A DNA stretch of 56,922 bases, taken from positions 1-56,922 of the forward strand of contig CACYCI010000008.1 of NCBI GenBank assembly GCA_902772845.1, in the 5' to 3' direction. The position numbers and the translations under genes are program-made. Under the pieces are notes generated by a model. It was not told where the DNA came from. It did not search any database and worked only from the letters and a program-made list of their open reading frames with translations. Below are positions 34,330-44,005 of the stretch, piece after piece (positions within the stretch are counted from its first letter, which is position 1; every line of letters starts with the position of its first letter). This DNA comes from an uncultured Ruminococcus sp. GTDB taxonomy: Bacteria; Bacillota; Clostridia; Oscillospirales; CAG-382.

Positions 34330-35011
34330 GGATATGTATGAAATTTCTCGGAAGGAGGCGGCCGCATTGTCGGAAAACGGCGTTCCTGAACAAAAGCAAA
34401 AAATATCCAAAGCGCGCGCGGAACGGATCGCCGCGGCAAAGCTCAGGCGCCGCCGGGTAACGCTCGTCATCCTTTCGCTATTCTTGACTTTTTATATCGT
34501 TATTAGTCTTGTAGTCGGCGTTTGGGTGCTTATTTCTTTCAATTCCGTGCACGGAAAGGTCCTTTACGGCGTGCGCACGGTCACCTACAATTCCAAAAAC
34601 CGCGAATCCGTCTTGACTTCTTCCACGGCCGATCAGTCGAATTTCGGTTACGGGCTATACGTCCGCGCCGACGATCTGCGTGAGCTCTGCGGGTTTTCCG
34701 TAGCGGGCGACAGGAAAAAGCTCACGGTCGTACTCCCGGGAGGGGGCGATTACATGGAATGTTTTGCCGGTTCGTCTGTCGTAGTCATCAACGGAACGCG
34801 GGCGCGGCTTTCGCAGCCGGTGCTGTACATTTCGGGTTCGTTTTATTTTCCCATGATCCTGGCCGAAGAATATCTCACGGGGCTCAGGATAGAATACAGC
34901 GAAAAAGAAAAACTCTGCCGCATTTCGCTCGAAAACGGCGAGGATACGGTGCTCGGCTTCCGTTTCAAGCAGACCCGTTCGCCCGCCAAGGTGCGGCTGC
35001 CGGAACAGTAA
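34328..35011 (+). CDS. single-pass membrane protein of unknown function
   Basis: 227 aa. It has a basic N-terminus, the TM helix VTLVILSLFLTFYIVISLVVGVWVLISF, and a C-terminal beta domain that resembles copper-amine-oxidase-N-like stalk domains. The true start may be the in-frame ATG at 34334. Confidence 0.65.
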   Translation: MDMYEISRKEAAALSENGVPEQKQKISKARAERIAAAKLRRRRVTLVILSLFLTFYIVISLVVGVWVLISFNSVHGKVLYGVRTVTYNSKNRESVLTSSTADQSNFGYGLYVRADDLRELCGFSVAGDRKKLTVVLPGGGDYMECFAGSSVVVINGTRARLSQPVLYISGSFYFPMILAEEYLTGLRIEYSEKEKLCRISLENGEDTVLGFRFKQTRSPAKVRLPEQ

Positions 35012-35027
35012 AAACACAAAAAAAGAT

Positions 35028-35058
35028 CCCCCCGAAAGGAGTTTTGCCTTTCGGGGGG
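35028..35058. terminator. bidirectional stem-loop between convergent genes
   Basis: CCCCCCGAAAGG agttttg CCTTTCGGGGGG, a 12-bp perfect stem, with an A-run before it and TTTT after it. Confidence 0.75.
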
Positions 35059-35074
35059 AATTTTATGCTTTCAG

Positions 35075-36145
35075 TTATTTGTTTTCGGTCTGCAGACCGT
35101 CAGGCATGACCGTCACGGTGATCCCGGTGTGCAGCGGATACGTGGCGCTTATATCTATCCCGAGCGTTCCGTATTTTATCCTGGCGTAAAACGTCTCGTA
35201 AGAATCCTTGGTGAAATTCTTCAGCCGGTACGAACCGAAATCGTTGGGCAGACCGACCATGTCGGTATGAATATCGAGCACTTGCGTCACACCCGCGTGC
35301 TGCGCGTCCCATCCGCCGGATTTGAAATACGATTCCAGCGCGTTTTCGGCGGCAAGCTGATATTCGCTTGCGGCGGTAGTGATATAGCGCTCGCTGAACC
35401 CTGCCTGATTCAGCCCGCAGCCGATCAGCGGCTTTTTGGCGACGTTGGCGGCGTAATTCAGCGAACGGTATATGCCGTCGCCGCAGACGCAGATGATCTG
35501 CACGCCTCCGTTGAATATGCTAAGCGCGGCGTCTTCAAGCTCTTTGCTGGGGGCGCTCTGATCGCTGAACCAGCAGCGTAGCGTGATATCCGTGGCGCCG
35601 TTTTCGGCGGCGTACCAGTCAGCTCCGCGAACGAACGCGTTGAAATAGGTCACGGTCTTCGGCGTGCGCTTTCCGCCGACGAATCCCAGTGAAGTGTAAC
35701 CTTCGGCAGCGGCGGCGTAACCCGCCATAAAAGCCGCCTGCTCCACCGAAAACAGCACCGAATGCGTGCGCATATTCTTTTCCTGCGTTTCGCAGTCGAA
35801 GGTGAGGACGTCGAACGAATATTCTTCGGCGGCGATATCGGCGTATGCGCCCATGTTTTCTCCGGCGAACACCATTAGTTTTGCGCCGTGTTTCGCAGCA
35901 TCTTTTATCTGGGCCGCCACGCTTTCCGTTGTGTCCGCGGAGGCGGTGTATTCTTTCAGCGACACCCCGTGGGATTCGCAATAGGCGTTAAGCCCGCGGT
36001 AGACGCCCTGAGCGGCGGAACGGTCCGACACCCCGGCGGGCCCTGTGATTATAGCTACTGTATAAGAAGAGGATCTGATCAGCGCGCACGAGCATGCGGC
36101 AAAGCAGACCGCGGCTAAAAGCAAACAGACAAGCGCTTTTTTCAT
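35075..36145 (-). CDS. BMP-family (Med/PnrA-like) ABC-transporter substrate-binding lipoprotein
   Basis: Lipoprotein signal MKKALVCLLLAAVCFAACSC, followed by YTVAIITGPAGVSDRSAAQGVYRGL..., a typical BMP fold. No permease genes are adjacent. Confidence 0.8.
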   Translation of the reverse strand: MKKALVCLLLAAVCFAACSCALIRSSSYTVAIITGPAGVSDRSAAQGVYRGLNAYCESHGVSLKEYTASADTTESVAAQIKDAAKHGAKLMVFAGENMGAYADIAAEEYSFDVLTFDCETQEKNMRTHSVLFSVEQAAFMAGYAAAAEGYTSLGFVGGKRTPKTVTYFNAFVRGADWYAAENGATDITLRCWFSDQSAPSKELEDAALSIFNGGVQIICVCGDGIYRSLNYAANVAKKPLIGCGLNQAGFSERYITTAASEYQLAAENALESYFKSGGWDAQHAGVTQVLDIHTDMVGLPNDFGSYRLKNFTKDSYETFYARIKYGTLGIDISATYPLHTGITVTVMPDGLQTENK

Positions 36146-36177
36146 GGAAGTATCTCCTAATAATTTATCATAAAGCG

Positions 36178-36206
36178 ATTATATCACAACGCGGGCGCTT
36201 TGTCAA
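36178..36206 (-). promoter_or_regulatory. sigma-A type promoter of the BMP lipoprotein gene
   Basis: Minus strand reads TTGACA, 17 nt, TATAAT, a perfect consensus. Confidence 0.6.
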
Positions 36207-36272
36207 ATACAATCGTTGCCGGCGGTCACGCGGGTGTATTTTATGCATTTTTTAAAAAAATATGCAAAACTA

Positions 36273-36301
36273 TTGCATTTTCGATAATGATGTGGTATAT
36301 T
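36273..36301 (+). promoter_or_regulatory. sigma-A type promoter of nifS-thiI
   Basis: TTGCAT, 17 nt, TATATT, with a TGn extended -10. Confidence 0.55.
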
Positions 36302-36334
36302 GGTAATGTATGCAAACAGGAAGAGTAATTATTT

Positions 36335-37480
36335 ATGAATACTATTTATTTTGACAATTCCGCTTCCGCCGTGCCTTTCGCGTCCGCGCTCGGGGTATTT
36401 GCGGAAACGGCAAAAATATACGCCAACCCGTCGTCGCTCCATTCTTCGGGCATAGCGGCCCGCAAAAAACTCGAATCCGCCCGCGCTCAGGTCGCTTCCG
36501 CGTTCCGCTGCCGCCCGGACGAGATATTTTTCACTTCCGGCGGAACGGAATCCAACAATACGGCAATACGCGGCGCGGCGCGGAAGAACCGCCGCGCAGG
36601 CAGTGTCATAGTCACAACCAAGGCGGAACACGCTTCGGTCGTTCAGACCGTGCTTTCGCTTTCCTCCGAAGGGTACGAACCCGTATTCATATCCGCCCGC
36701 GGAGGCGTGCCGGATCTTGCTGAACTCGAAAACGTGCTTCGCTCGCGCAAGGTCTGCCTTGTGGCGCTTATGCAGGCGAACAATCAGAACGGCGCGGTGA
36801 CCGATCTGCGCAAAGTGCGCGACTGCATGAACGCCAGCGGCACCGGGGCGCTTTTGCATTCGGATTGCGTACAGTCGTTTATGAAACTTCCCGAGCAGTT
36901 TTCCGGCGACGCCGCGCGCTGCTGCGATACCGCTTCCGTTTCCGCCCACAAAATAGGCGGCGTCAAAGGCACCGGAGCGCTGTTCGTGCGCAGGGGGCTC
37001 GTCCTGCCGGCGCTCATCACCGGGGGCGAGCAGGAAAGCGGCGTGCGCGCCGGGACCGAAAACCTTGCCGGGATCTGCGCCATGGCCGAGGCGGTCTCCC
37101 GTTACGGCGAAGCCGAAAGGGAAAAGGTCGCGGAGCTAAGGCGTTACATTATCGGCGAGCTGCGCTCTGAGCTCGGCGAAAATGTTATTATAACAGAACC
37201 CGAGCCGCATGTCGATCAGCTCTTCAATATAGCGCTTGTCAACGTAAAAAGCGAAGTCGCGCTCAATTATCTCGATTCGCTCGGCGTATGTGTCTCTTCG
37301 TCGTCGGCGTGTTCTTCAAAAGCAAAGACGAACACCGCGCTCGCCGCGCTCGGCTACGGAGCCGAATACGAACGCTCCGCGCTGCGCATAGGGATATCGC
37401 CCCTCAACACAAAAGAAGAAGCCGATCTTCTCGTTTCGGCGCTGAAAGGCGCACTGGCTTTCAAAATAAAAGGAAGATAA
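36335..37480 (+). CDS. cysteine desulfurase (NifS/NifZ type, ThiI partner)
   Basis: Class V aminotransferase fold. It has YFDNSAS, FTSGGTESNN, the PLP-lysine region SVSAHKIGG, and the C-terminal SSSSACSS active-site Cys loop. Confidence 0.9.
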   Translation: MNTIYFDNSASAVPFASALGVFAETAKIYANPSSLHSSGIAARKKLESARAQVASAFRCRPDEIFFTSGGTESNNTAIRGAARKNRRAGSVIVTTKAEHASVVQTVLSLSSEGYEPVFISARGGVPDLAELENVLRSRKVCLVALMQANNQNGAVTDLRKVRDCMNASGTGALLHSDCVQSFMKLPEQFSGDAARCCDTASVSAHKIGGVKGTGALFVRRGLVLPALITGGEQESGVRAGTENLAGICAMAEAVSRYGEAEREKVAELRRYIIGELRSELGENVIITEPEPHVDQLFNIALVNVKSEVALNYLDSLGVCVSSSSACSSKAKTNTALAALGYGAEYERSALRIGISPLNTKEEADLLVSALKGALAFKIKGR

Positions 37481-37481
37481 T

Positions 37482-38672
37482 ATGCAATACGTTATAGTTC
37501 TGAAATACGGCGAGATCGTCCTCAAAGGTCTCAACCGCGGAAGGTTCGAACAGGCGCTGCTCAAAAGGGTCCGCCTTTCGCTAAAACGCCTGCCCGGCAG
37601 TTACGATATCCGCAGCGCTCAGTCAACCATAGTCATCCACGGCGACGAAAACGCAGATATGCTGCTTGCTGCGGAGCGGATGAAAAAAGTTTTCGGCATA
37701 GTTTCGGTATGCGTGGGCTACGAATGCGAAAAGGATATGGATTCCATACGCACGCTCGTGCGTGAAAAAGCGCGCGAGCTCGTCGCGGGTGCACGGACCT
37801 TCAAGTGCGTCGCCAAGCGCAGCGACAAGGATTTTCCGTTTATTTCACCGCAGATATGCGAACTGTGCGGCGCCGAGGTACTCAGCGCGGTCCGCGGGAT
37901 AAAAGTCGACGTCAACGATCCGGAAGCCGTCGTCACCGTCGAGGTGCGCGACAGGGCGGCTTTTATACACGGAAAAGGTGCAAAGGGCGCCGGAGGAATG
38001 CCCACAGGTACCAACGGCAGGGCGCTGCTTCTGCTTTCGGGCGGTATAGATTCGCCCGTGGCTGGCCACATGGTCGCAAAACGCGGCGTGTATATTTCGG
38101 CCGTGTATTTCGAATCGCCTCCCTATACGGGCGAAGCCGCCAAAGAAAAGGTCGCGTCGCTCGCCAAAGTGATAGCCGGTTACACCGGCACGGTCACTCT
38201 TTACACCGTTTCCGTGACCGAGATCCAGGCGGAACTCGCCGAAAAATGCGAAGAGCGTATGTTCACGCTGCTCCTGCGCCGCTTTATGATGCGCCTTGCC
38301 CAGGAAGTCGCCGAACGCGCGGAATGCACCGCGCTGATCACAGGCGAAAGTCTGGGTCAGGTCGCCAGTCAGACCATGGAAGCCATTATGTGCACCGATT
38401 CGCTCGCGAAGATACCGGTCTTCCGCCCCTGCATAGGGCTTGACAAAGAAGAAATCATTCAGACCGCCCGCCGTATAGGCACGTTCGATATTTCGTCGCT
38501 GCCTTACGAAGATTGCTGCACGGTGTTCACGCCGAGGCATCCCAAACTGGATCCCACCGTTGCGGAGCTCGAAGCCGAAGAAGCCAAGCTCGACGTCAGC
38601 GGACTTACCGAACGCGCCATGCAGACGCTTTCGTTCGTCCGCATACACGGCGATACAGATATCAGGAACTGA
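37482..38672 (+). CDS. thiI: tRNA 4-thiouridine(8) synthase ThiI (no rhodanese domain)
   Basis: A THUMP region followed by the PP-loop LLLLSGGIDSPVAG. At 396 aa it matches the short Bacillus-type enzyme. Confidence 0.93.
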   Translation: MQYVIVLKYGEIVLKGLNRGRFEQALLKRVRLSLKRLPGSYDIRSAQSTIVIHGDENADMLLAAERMKKVFGIVSVCVGYECEKDMDSIRTLVREKARELVAGARTFKCVAKRSDKDFPFISPQICELCGAEVLSAVRGIKVDVNDPEAVVTVEVRDRAAFIHGKGAKGAGGMPTGTNGRALLLLSGGIDSPVAGHMVAKRGVYISAVYFESPPYTGEAAKEKVASLAKVIAGYTGTVTLYTVSVTEIQAELAEKCEERMFTLLLRRFMMRLAQEVAERAECTALITGESLGQVASQTMEAIMCTDSLAKIPVFRPCIGLDKEEIIQTARRIGTFDISSLPYEDCCTVFTPRHPKLDPTVAELEAEEAKLDVSGLTERAMQTLSFVRIHGDTDIRN

Positions 38673-38707
38673 TAATCCACCGTTTTTTATAAAGGAAGTA
38701 ACATATC

Positions 38708-39103
38708 ATGACCAGACACGAAAGCAGATGCGAAGCATTCTGCCTGCTATTTGAATATTCGTTCGGCGGCGACGCCGGGGAAATAATGGCAAACGCCGTT
38801 GAATACCGCGAAGACGTTATAAGCGGCTTTGCCCGTCAGCTGTTCACGGGCGCCGTAGAGCATCTGTCCGAAATAGACGAAAAGATCGGCGCTTACGCCG
38901 AAAAGCGCGCGATCAGCCGTATAGCCCGCGTGCCTCTTTCCTGCCTGCGGCTCGCCGCGTACGAGCTTATGTTCACGGAAACGCCTGCCGAAATAGTCGT
39001 CAACGAAGCGCTGGATATTTGCAGGGAATACAACTGCGACGACAGCGTTCCGTTCGTAAACGGCATACTCGGCAGCATAAAATCATGCAAAGACGGGGGC
39101 TGA
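38708..39103 (+). CDS. nusB: transcription antitermination factor NusB
   Basis: 131 aa, ...ISRIARVPLSCLRLAAYELMFTETPAEIVVNEALDICREY.... It sits immediately before xseA, as in Bacillus. Confidence 0.88.
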   Translation: MTRHESRCEAFCLLFEYSFGGDAGEIMANAVEYREDVISGFARQLFTGAVEHLSEIDEKIGAYAEKRAISRIARVPLSCLRLAAYELMFTETPAEIVVNEALDICREYNCDDSVPFVNGILGSIKSCKDGG

Positions 39104-39107
39104 TATT

Positions 39108-40319
39108 TTGGACCCTAACCTGACGGCGAGAAAGACGGTCACCGTCACTCAACTTAACAATTTTATAAAAGACATTATGGATAACGTCGCGCCCCTGCGC
39201 GATATTTCGGTCAAAGGCGAAATATCCAATATCACTCTTCACCGCACGGGGCATATCTACCTCACCGTAAAAGATGAAGGCGCGCTGCTAAAAGCGGTGA
39301 TGTTCCGCGGCGACGCCGAAAAGCTGTCCTTTACGCCCAAAAACGGCGATAAGATCATTATTACCGGCCGTATATCCGTTTTCGTCCGCGACGGCGTATA
39401 TCAGATGTACGCAAACTCCATGGAGCTCGATGGCGTCGGTTCGCTGTACGTGGCTTTCGAGCAGCTCAAGGCGCGGCTTGCCGAAGAAGGGCTGTTCGAC
39501 GAATCGCATAAAAAGCGCCTGCCGCCGGTACCGTGGTCTATCGGAATTATCACTGCGCCTACCGGAGCCGCAGTGCGCGATATGATCAATATCTCGGGCA
39601 GACGTTTCCCCGGGTGCGAAGTGGTGCTTTATCCTTCGCTCGTGCAAGGCCCGGACGCCGCCCCGAACATAATAAAGGGCATAGAATATTTCAACCGCAC
39701 GCGCCGTGTCGAACTTATAATCGTAGGGCGCGGAGGCGGAAGCATAGAAGACCTTTGGGCGTTCAACGACGAAAAGCTTGCGCGCGCCATATACGCAAGC
39801 GAGCTTCCGGTGATCTCGGCGGTCGGTCACGAGACCGATTTCACCATTGCCGATTTCGTCGCCGATCTGCGCGCGCCCACGCCTTCGGCGGCTATGGAGT
39901 TGGCTCTTCCGGATACGGCCGAACTGCTCAGAAAATTCGGCAACGTCCGGTCCCGCCTTTCGTCGCTGCTGTCGCGCCGGCTCGAAAGCGAACAAAAGCT
40001 TCTGCGTATGCTTTCGGAACGCCGCGCGTTCACCGCGCCGTGGACCATTTATCAGGATAAACAGCTCGAAACGGCGCGGCTCGCAGATTCGCTCGAAAAA
40101 GCGTGGAACGATCAGCTCAATACGCGTCAGAAAGAGATAAAGTCGCTGCGGTCGCTGCTTGCGTCTTACGATCCGCTGGGCGTGCTCAAGCGCGGCTATT
40201 CGGTGACGTATGACAAAGAAGGAAAAATAGTGAAATCGGCGTCCTCTGTCCGGGAGGGCGAACAGTTCAGCGTCAAGCTGGCAAAAGGCACGCTCACCGG
40301 CGTGAGAACGGAGAAATGA
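39108..40319 (+). CDS. xseA: exodeoxyribonuclease VII large subunit
   Basis: TTG start. OB-fold N-terminus (VTVTQLNNFIKDIMDN...VKGEISN) and the catalytic region GRGGGSIEDLWAFN. Confidence 0.93.
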   Translation: MDPNLTARKTVTVTQLNNFIKDIMDNVAPLRDISVKGEISNITLHRTGHIYLTVKDEGALLKAVMFRGDAEKLSFTPKNGDKIIITGRISVFVRDGVYQMYANSMELDGVGSLYVAFEQLKARLAEEGLFDESHKKRLPPVPWSIGIITAPTGAAVRDMINISGRRFPGCEVVLYPSLVQGPDAAPNIIKGIEYFNRTRRVELIIVGRGGGSIEDLWAFNDEKLARAIYASELPVISAVGHETDFTIADFVADLRAPTPSAAMELALPDTAELLRKFGNVRSRLSSLLSRRLESEQKLLRMLSERRAFTAPWTIYQDKQLETARLADSLEKAWNDQLNTRQKEIKSLRSLLASYDPLGVLKRGYSVTYDKEGKIVKSASSVREGEQFSVKLAKGTLTGVRTEK

Positions 40320-40320
40320 A

Positions 40321-40536
40321 ATGGCAGAAATAAAATACGAAGCCGCCGTCAAGCGGCTGGAAGAAATAGTCAAGCAGCTCGAAAGCGGCTCGTGCCCGCT
40401 CGAAGATTCCATAAAGCTTTTCGAAGAAGGCACCGCTTTGGTAAAAGTATGTGAAAAGCTGCTTTCGGAAGCCGAACAGAAGGTAAGGATCCTAGTCGGC
40501 GACAAGGAGGAAGACTTTGGCGGCGCTAACGGTTGA
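40321..40536 (+). CDS. xseB: exodeoxyribonuclease VII small subunit
   Basis: MAEIKYEAAVKRLEEIVKQLESGSCPLEDSIKLFEEGTALVKVCEKLL is a canonical XseB. Confidence 0.92.
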   Translation: MAEIKYEAAVKRLEEIVKQLESGSCPLEDSIKLFEEGTALVKVCEKLLSEAEQKVRILVGDKEEDFGGANG

Positions 40537-41404
40537 ATCGGTCCGCACGGAGGTCGAAAGCGCGCTTTCGGTGCTGCTTTCCGCTCGTGACGCAAAGGAC
40601 GGCAGGATATACGAAATAATGCGCTATTCGGCGCTTGGCGGCGGCAAACGCGTAAGAGCTTTTCTGGCGTACGCTTTTTACGGCGCCTGCGGCGGAAACG
40701 ATCCCTCAAAGGTCACTGAATACGCCTGCGCCGTGGAGATGGTCCACGCCGCCTCGCTCATACACGACGATCTGCCCGCGCTGGATAACGACGACCTTCG
40801 CCGCGGCAGAGCTTCGTGCCATAAGGCGTACGGCGAAGCTCAGGCGATAGTTGCGGCGGACGGGCTTTTCATAAAGGCGTTCGAGATCGCTTCGGCAAAC
40901 AGCCGCTGCACTCCCGCTCAAAACGCCGCCGCGGTCAATCTGCTGGCGCGTATGTCGGGGCCGGACGGTATGTGCGGCGGTCAGATGACAGATATAGAGG
41001 CGGTCCCCGGAACTGCGGATATAGATCTGCTCACCCGGCTCGATCTGCAAAAGACGTCGTGCCTTATTCACGCCGCTTGCGGTATGGGTTGTATAGCCGC
41101 AGGCGCGGATCAAAAACAGCTTTCCGCCGCCGAAGAATACGCGCGTCAACTCGGTCTGGCTTTTCAGATCCGCGACGACATACTCGATATAGAAGGCGAT
41201 CCCGGTTCGCTCGGCAAGACCGTCGGCAAGGACGCGCTCGCTCAAAAGCCGACTTACCCTTCGGTGCTGGGGGCGGAGGGCGCAAAACGCGCCTGCCTTG
41301 CGGCATCGGAAAAAGCCGCGCTCGCCGCCGAGTCGCTCTGCGAAAACGAATATGCCGCGCTCTTGCGCGAATTCGCGCTCAAAATGGCGAAAAGGCAGAA
41401 CTGA
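40517..41404 (+). CDS. ispA: polyprenyl (farnesyl) diphosphate synthase
   Basis: TTG start 5 nt after AAGGAGG. It has the FARM motif LIHDDLPALDNDDLRRG and the second Asp-rich motif QIRDDILD. Confidence 0.9.
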   Translation: MAALTVESVRTEVESALSVLLSARDAKDGRIYEIMRYSALGGGKRVRAFLAYAFYGACGGNDPSKVTEYACAVEMVHAASLIHDDLPALDNDDLRRGRASCHKAYGEAQAIVAADGLFIKAFEIASANSRCTPAQNAAAVNLLARMSGPDGMCGGQMTDIEAVPGTADIDLLTRLDLQKTSCLIHAACGMGCIAAGADQKQLSAAEEYARQLGLAFQIRDDILDIEGDPGSLGKTVGKDALAQKPTYPSVLGAEGAKRACLAASEKAALAAESLCENEYAALLREFALKMAKRQN

Positions 41405-41444
41405 ATACAGTAAATAACGTATTATCAAGGGACGTTCATATATC

Positions 41445-43265
41445 ATGCTCGAACATATAAATTCACCCGCCGACGTAAAAAAGTGCTCGGAAAAAGAGCT
41501 CAAAACGCTTTGCTCCGACCTGCGTGCGGAAATACTCGGCTCGGTCGCCGAAAACGGCGGGCATCTCGCCTCTAATCTCGGCGACGTCGAACTGACCGTC
41601 GCGATACACAAAGTGTTCGATCTGCCGACCGATCAGCTCGTATTCGACGTGGGGCATCAGAGCTATGCGCACAAGCTGCTCACGGGCAGAAAAGAAGGGT
41701 TCGCCAAGCTGCGTTCCGACGGCGGCGTCAGCGGGTTCACCAAACGCAGCGAAAGCGAATACGATCCGTTCGGTTCGGGACATTCCGGCAACGCGCTTTC
41801 GGCGGCTGTAGGGCTTGCGTACGCGCAGCGTTCGCACGGGTCCGGCGGCTGCGTAGTAGCGGTGCTCGGCGACGGCAGTTTCACTAACGGTATGACGTAC
41901 GAAGCGCTCAACAACTGCGCCGGCAGCGATCTGCGGCTCGTTATAGTGCTCAACGATAACGAAATGGCCATATCGCGCAACGTCGGCTCCATCAACAACG
42001 TTTTCACGCGGATGCGCACCAGCAAACGCTATTTCGGGTTCAAAAACCGCTTTGTAAAAGTGCTTTCCGCATTGCCTCTGCTCGGCAAACCGCTGGTCAG
42101 CGGCGCACGGCATATAAAAAACTTTTTCAAACACCTTATATTAAAAGAAAACTTTTTCGAAACGCTGGGGCTTGAATATATAGGGCCGGTCGACGGCAAC
42201 GATATTTCGCGCCTTATCCCCGTGCTCGAACAGGCGAAACGCCGCGGAGCTCCGTGCGTGGTCCATACCTATACCAAAAAGGGCAAGGGTTACGCTTTTT
42301 CGGAAGAAAAACCGGATCTTTACCATTCCGTTCCGCGGTTCGACCCCGCGACCGGGGTAGTCCCCAACGGAAGGGAACTCACGTTTTCGTATAACGCCGG
42401 CGAGGAACTGTGCCGCCTGGCGGAAAACGATCACGACATAGCGGCGGTGACCGCCGCTATGACCGCGGGGACGGGCCTTTCCGGTTTTGCCGAAAGATTC
42501 CCCGACCGCTTTTTCGACGTCGGTATCGCCGAAGAGCACGCCGTGACTTTCTGCGCCGGGCTCGCCGCAGGCGGACTCAAACCGGTCTTTGCGGTTTATT
42601 CCACTTTTTTACAGCGCGCTTTCGACCAGATCGCCGAAGACGCCGCCATGCAGTCGCTGCGGCTGTCGCTGCTCATTGACCGCGCCGGCCTCGTTCCGGA
42701 CGACGGCGTCACACATCACGGGCTGTTCGACGTTCCTCTGCTGAATTCCATCCCGTCGTGCCTTATATATTCTCCCGAAACGTTAGACGAACTCAAAAGC
42801 TGCATCCGCGCCGCTTTGTCGTACGACGGCGTTTCGGCGGTGCGCTACCCCAAAGGGAAAGAGATCGCTTACGACCGTTCCGCATTTACGGATATGGGCA
42901 CGATTTCCTTTGCCGATCACGGCACGCCGCGCAAGGCGATCATCACTTACGGAAGGATCACCGCGCACGCGGTCGAAGCCGCCCGAAAAGTCGGCGGTGT
43001 GCGCGTCGTTAAGCTTCTGCGCATAAAACCGTTGGATATTGAAAATATCAAAAAACTCATCCCCGCGGATATGCCGACGGTATTCCTTGAAGAAGGTATG
43101 TTCTGCGGCGGCATAGGCGAAACGCTCAAGGCGGCGCTCGGCAGGGAAAACATAAAGATACTCGCCGTGGAAGGCGGGTTCCCCGGGCACGGCAGCGCCG
43201 GAAAACTGTTTGCCGAATGCGGCATAGACGCAGCGGCGGCGGAAGAGGCGTTGAGATCATTATGA
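41445..43265 (+). CDS. dxs: 1-deoxy-D-xylulose-5-phosphate synthase
   Basis: 606 aa with GGHLASNLGDVELTVAIHKVFD, VFDVGHQSYAHKLLTGR and the TPP motif GDGSFTNGMTYEALNN. Confidence 0.95.
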   Translation: MLEHINSPADVKKCSEKELKTLCSDLRAEILGSVAENGGHLASNLGDVELTVAIHKVFDLPTDQLVFDVGHQSYAHKLLTGRKEGFAKLRSDGGVSGFTKRSESEYDPFGSGHSGNALSAAVGLAYAQRSHGSGGCVVAVLGDGSFTNGMTYEALNNCAGSDLRLVIVLNDNEMAISRNVGSINNVFTRMRTSKRYFGFKNRFVKVLSALPLLGKPLVSGARHIKNFFKHLILKENFFETLGLEYIGPVDGNDISRLIPVLEQAKRRGAPCVVHTYTKKGKGYAFSEEKPDLYHSVPRFDPATGVVPNGRELTFSYNAGEELCRLAENDHDIAAVTAAMTAGTGLSGFAERFPDRFFDVGIAEEHAVTFCAGLAAGGLKPVFAVYSTFLQRAFDQIAEDAAMQSLRLSLLIDRAGLVPDDGVTHHGLFDVPLLNSIPSCLIYSPETLDELKSCIRAALSYDGVSAVRYPKGKEIAYDRSAFTDMGTISFADHGTPRKAIITYGRITAHAVEAARKVGGVRVVKLLRIKPLDIENIKKLIPADMPTVFLEEGMFCGGIGETLKAALGRENIKILAVEGGFPGHGSAGKLFAECGIDAAAAEEALRSL

Positions 43266-43996
43266 AAAGAATAGACGTTCTGCTTGCCGAAAAAGGGCTT
43301 GCAAAAAGCCGCTCGGCGGCCGCGGTATTCATAAAAGAAGGCAGAGTCAGAGTAAACGGGATATCCGTTTCCAAAGCGAGCGAGCTGTTCGGCGACGACT
43401 GCGATATCGCAGTGGATTATCCGCAGACCCTCTACGTTTCACGCGGGGGGATCAAGCTCGAACACGCGTTGGATTCGTTCGGCGTTTCCGCCGAAGGCAG
43501 AGTGTGCTTGGACATAGGCGCTTCCACCGGCGGATTTACACAGTGTCTGCTGCTTCGGGGAGCCAAAAAAGTTTACGCGGTCGATTCGGGCACAGATCAG
43601 CTCGATCCGTCGCTCCGCGCAGACGCGCGCGTCACCAGCCGCGAAAACGTAAACGCGCGCTATCTTACTGCGGCGGATTTCGAAGACAAGATAGACCTTA
43701 TCGTAATGGACGTGTCGTTCATTTCACAGACGCTGCTTTATCCCGCCTGCGCCGATATACTTCCCGCCGGGGGAGAAATGGTCACGCTGATAAAGCCGCA
43801 GTTCGAGACCGAGACCCGCGCAAGGCATAAAAACGGGATAATAAAGGACAAAAACGGCAAGAATGCCGCGGAGCTCATCAAAAAGATGACCGCAGCCGCG
43901 GCGGAGCACGGACTTTGCCTGAGGCAAACGACATCGTCGCCTATCACCGGCGGCGACGGCAACGTCGAATACCTCGCGGCGTTCGTCAGGGAGTGA
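43262..43996 (+). CDS. tlyA: TlyA-family rRNA (cytidine-2'-O)-methyltransferase
   Basis: ATG at 43262 forms an ATGA overlap with the dxs stop. It has an S4 domain (MKRIDVLLAEKGLAKSRSAAAVFIKEGRVRVNG) and the FtsJ-like motif LDIGASTGGFTQ. Confidence 0.9.
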   Translation: MKRIDVLLAEKGLAKSRSAAAVFIKEGRVRVNGISVSKASELFGDDCDIAVDYPQTLYVSRGGIKLEHALDSFGVSAEGRVCLDIGASTGGFTQCLLLRGAKKVYAVDSGTDQLDPSLRADARVTSRENVNARYLTAADFEDKIDLIVMDVSFISQTLLYPACADILPAGGEMVTLIKPQFETETRARHKNGIIKDKNGKNAAELIKKMTAAAAEHGLCLRQTTSSPITGGDGNVEYLAAFVRE

Positions 43997-44005
43997 TCGC
44001 TGAGT

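Noticed and set aside
34218-36334. A switch from a long minus-strand gene run to a long plus-strand run, considered as a possible replication origin.
   Set aside because: There is no dnaA/dnaN, I saw no DnaA-box (TTATCCACA) cluster, and there is no AT-rich unwinding element. Gene orientation switches again at 49 kb, so this looks like an ordinary divergent junction. A GC-skew calculation on the full contig would settle it.
39288-40709. A 473-aa ORF on the minus strand spanning xseA, xseB and the start of ispA.
   Set aside because: It is antisense to three strongly conserved genes. The protein is Arg/Pro/Ser-rich and low-complexity, with no RBS and no recognisable motif. Long antisense frames of this kind are expected in GC-rich coding DNA.
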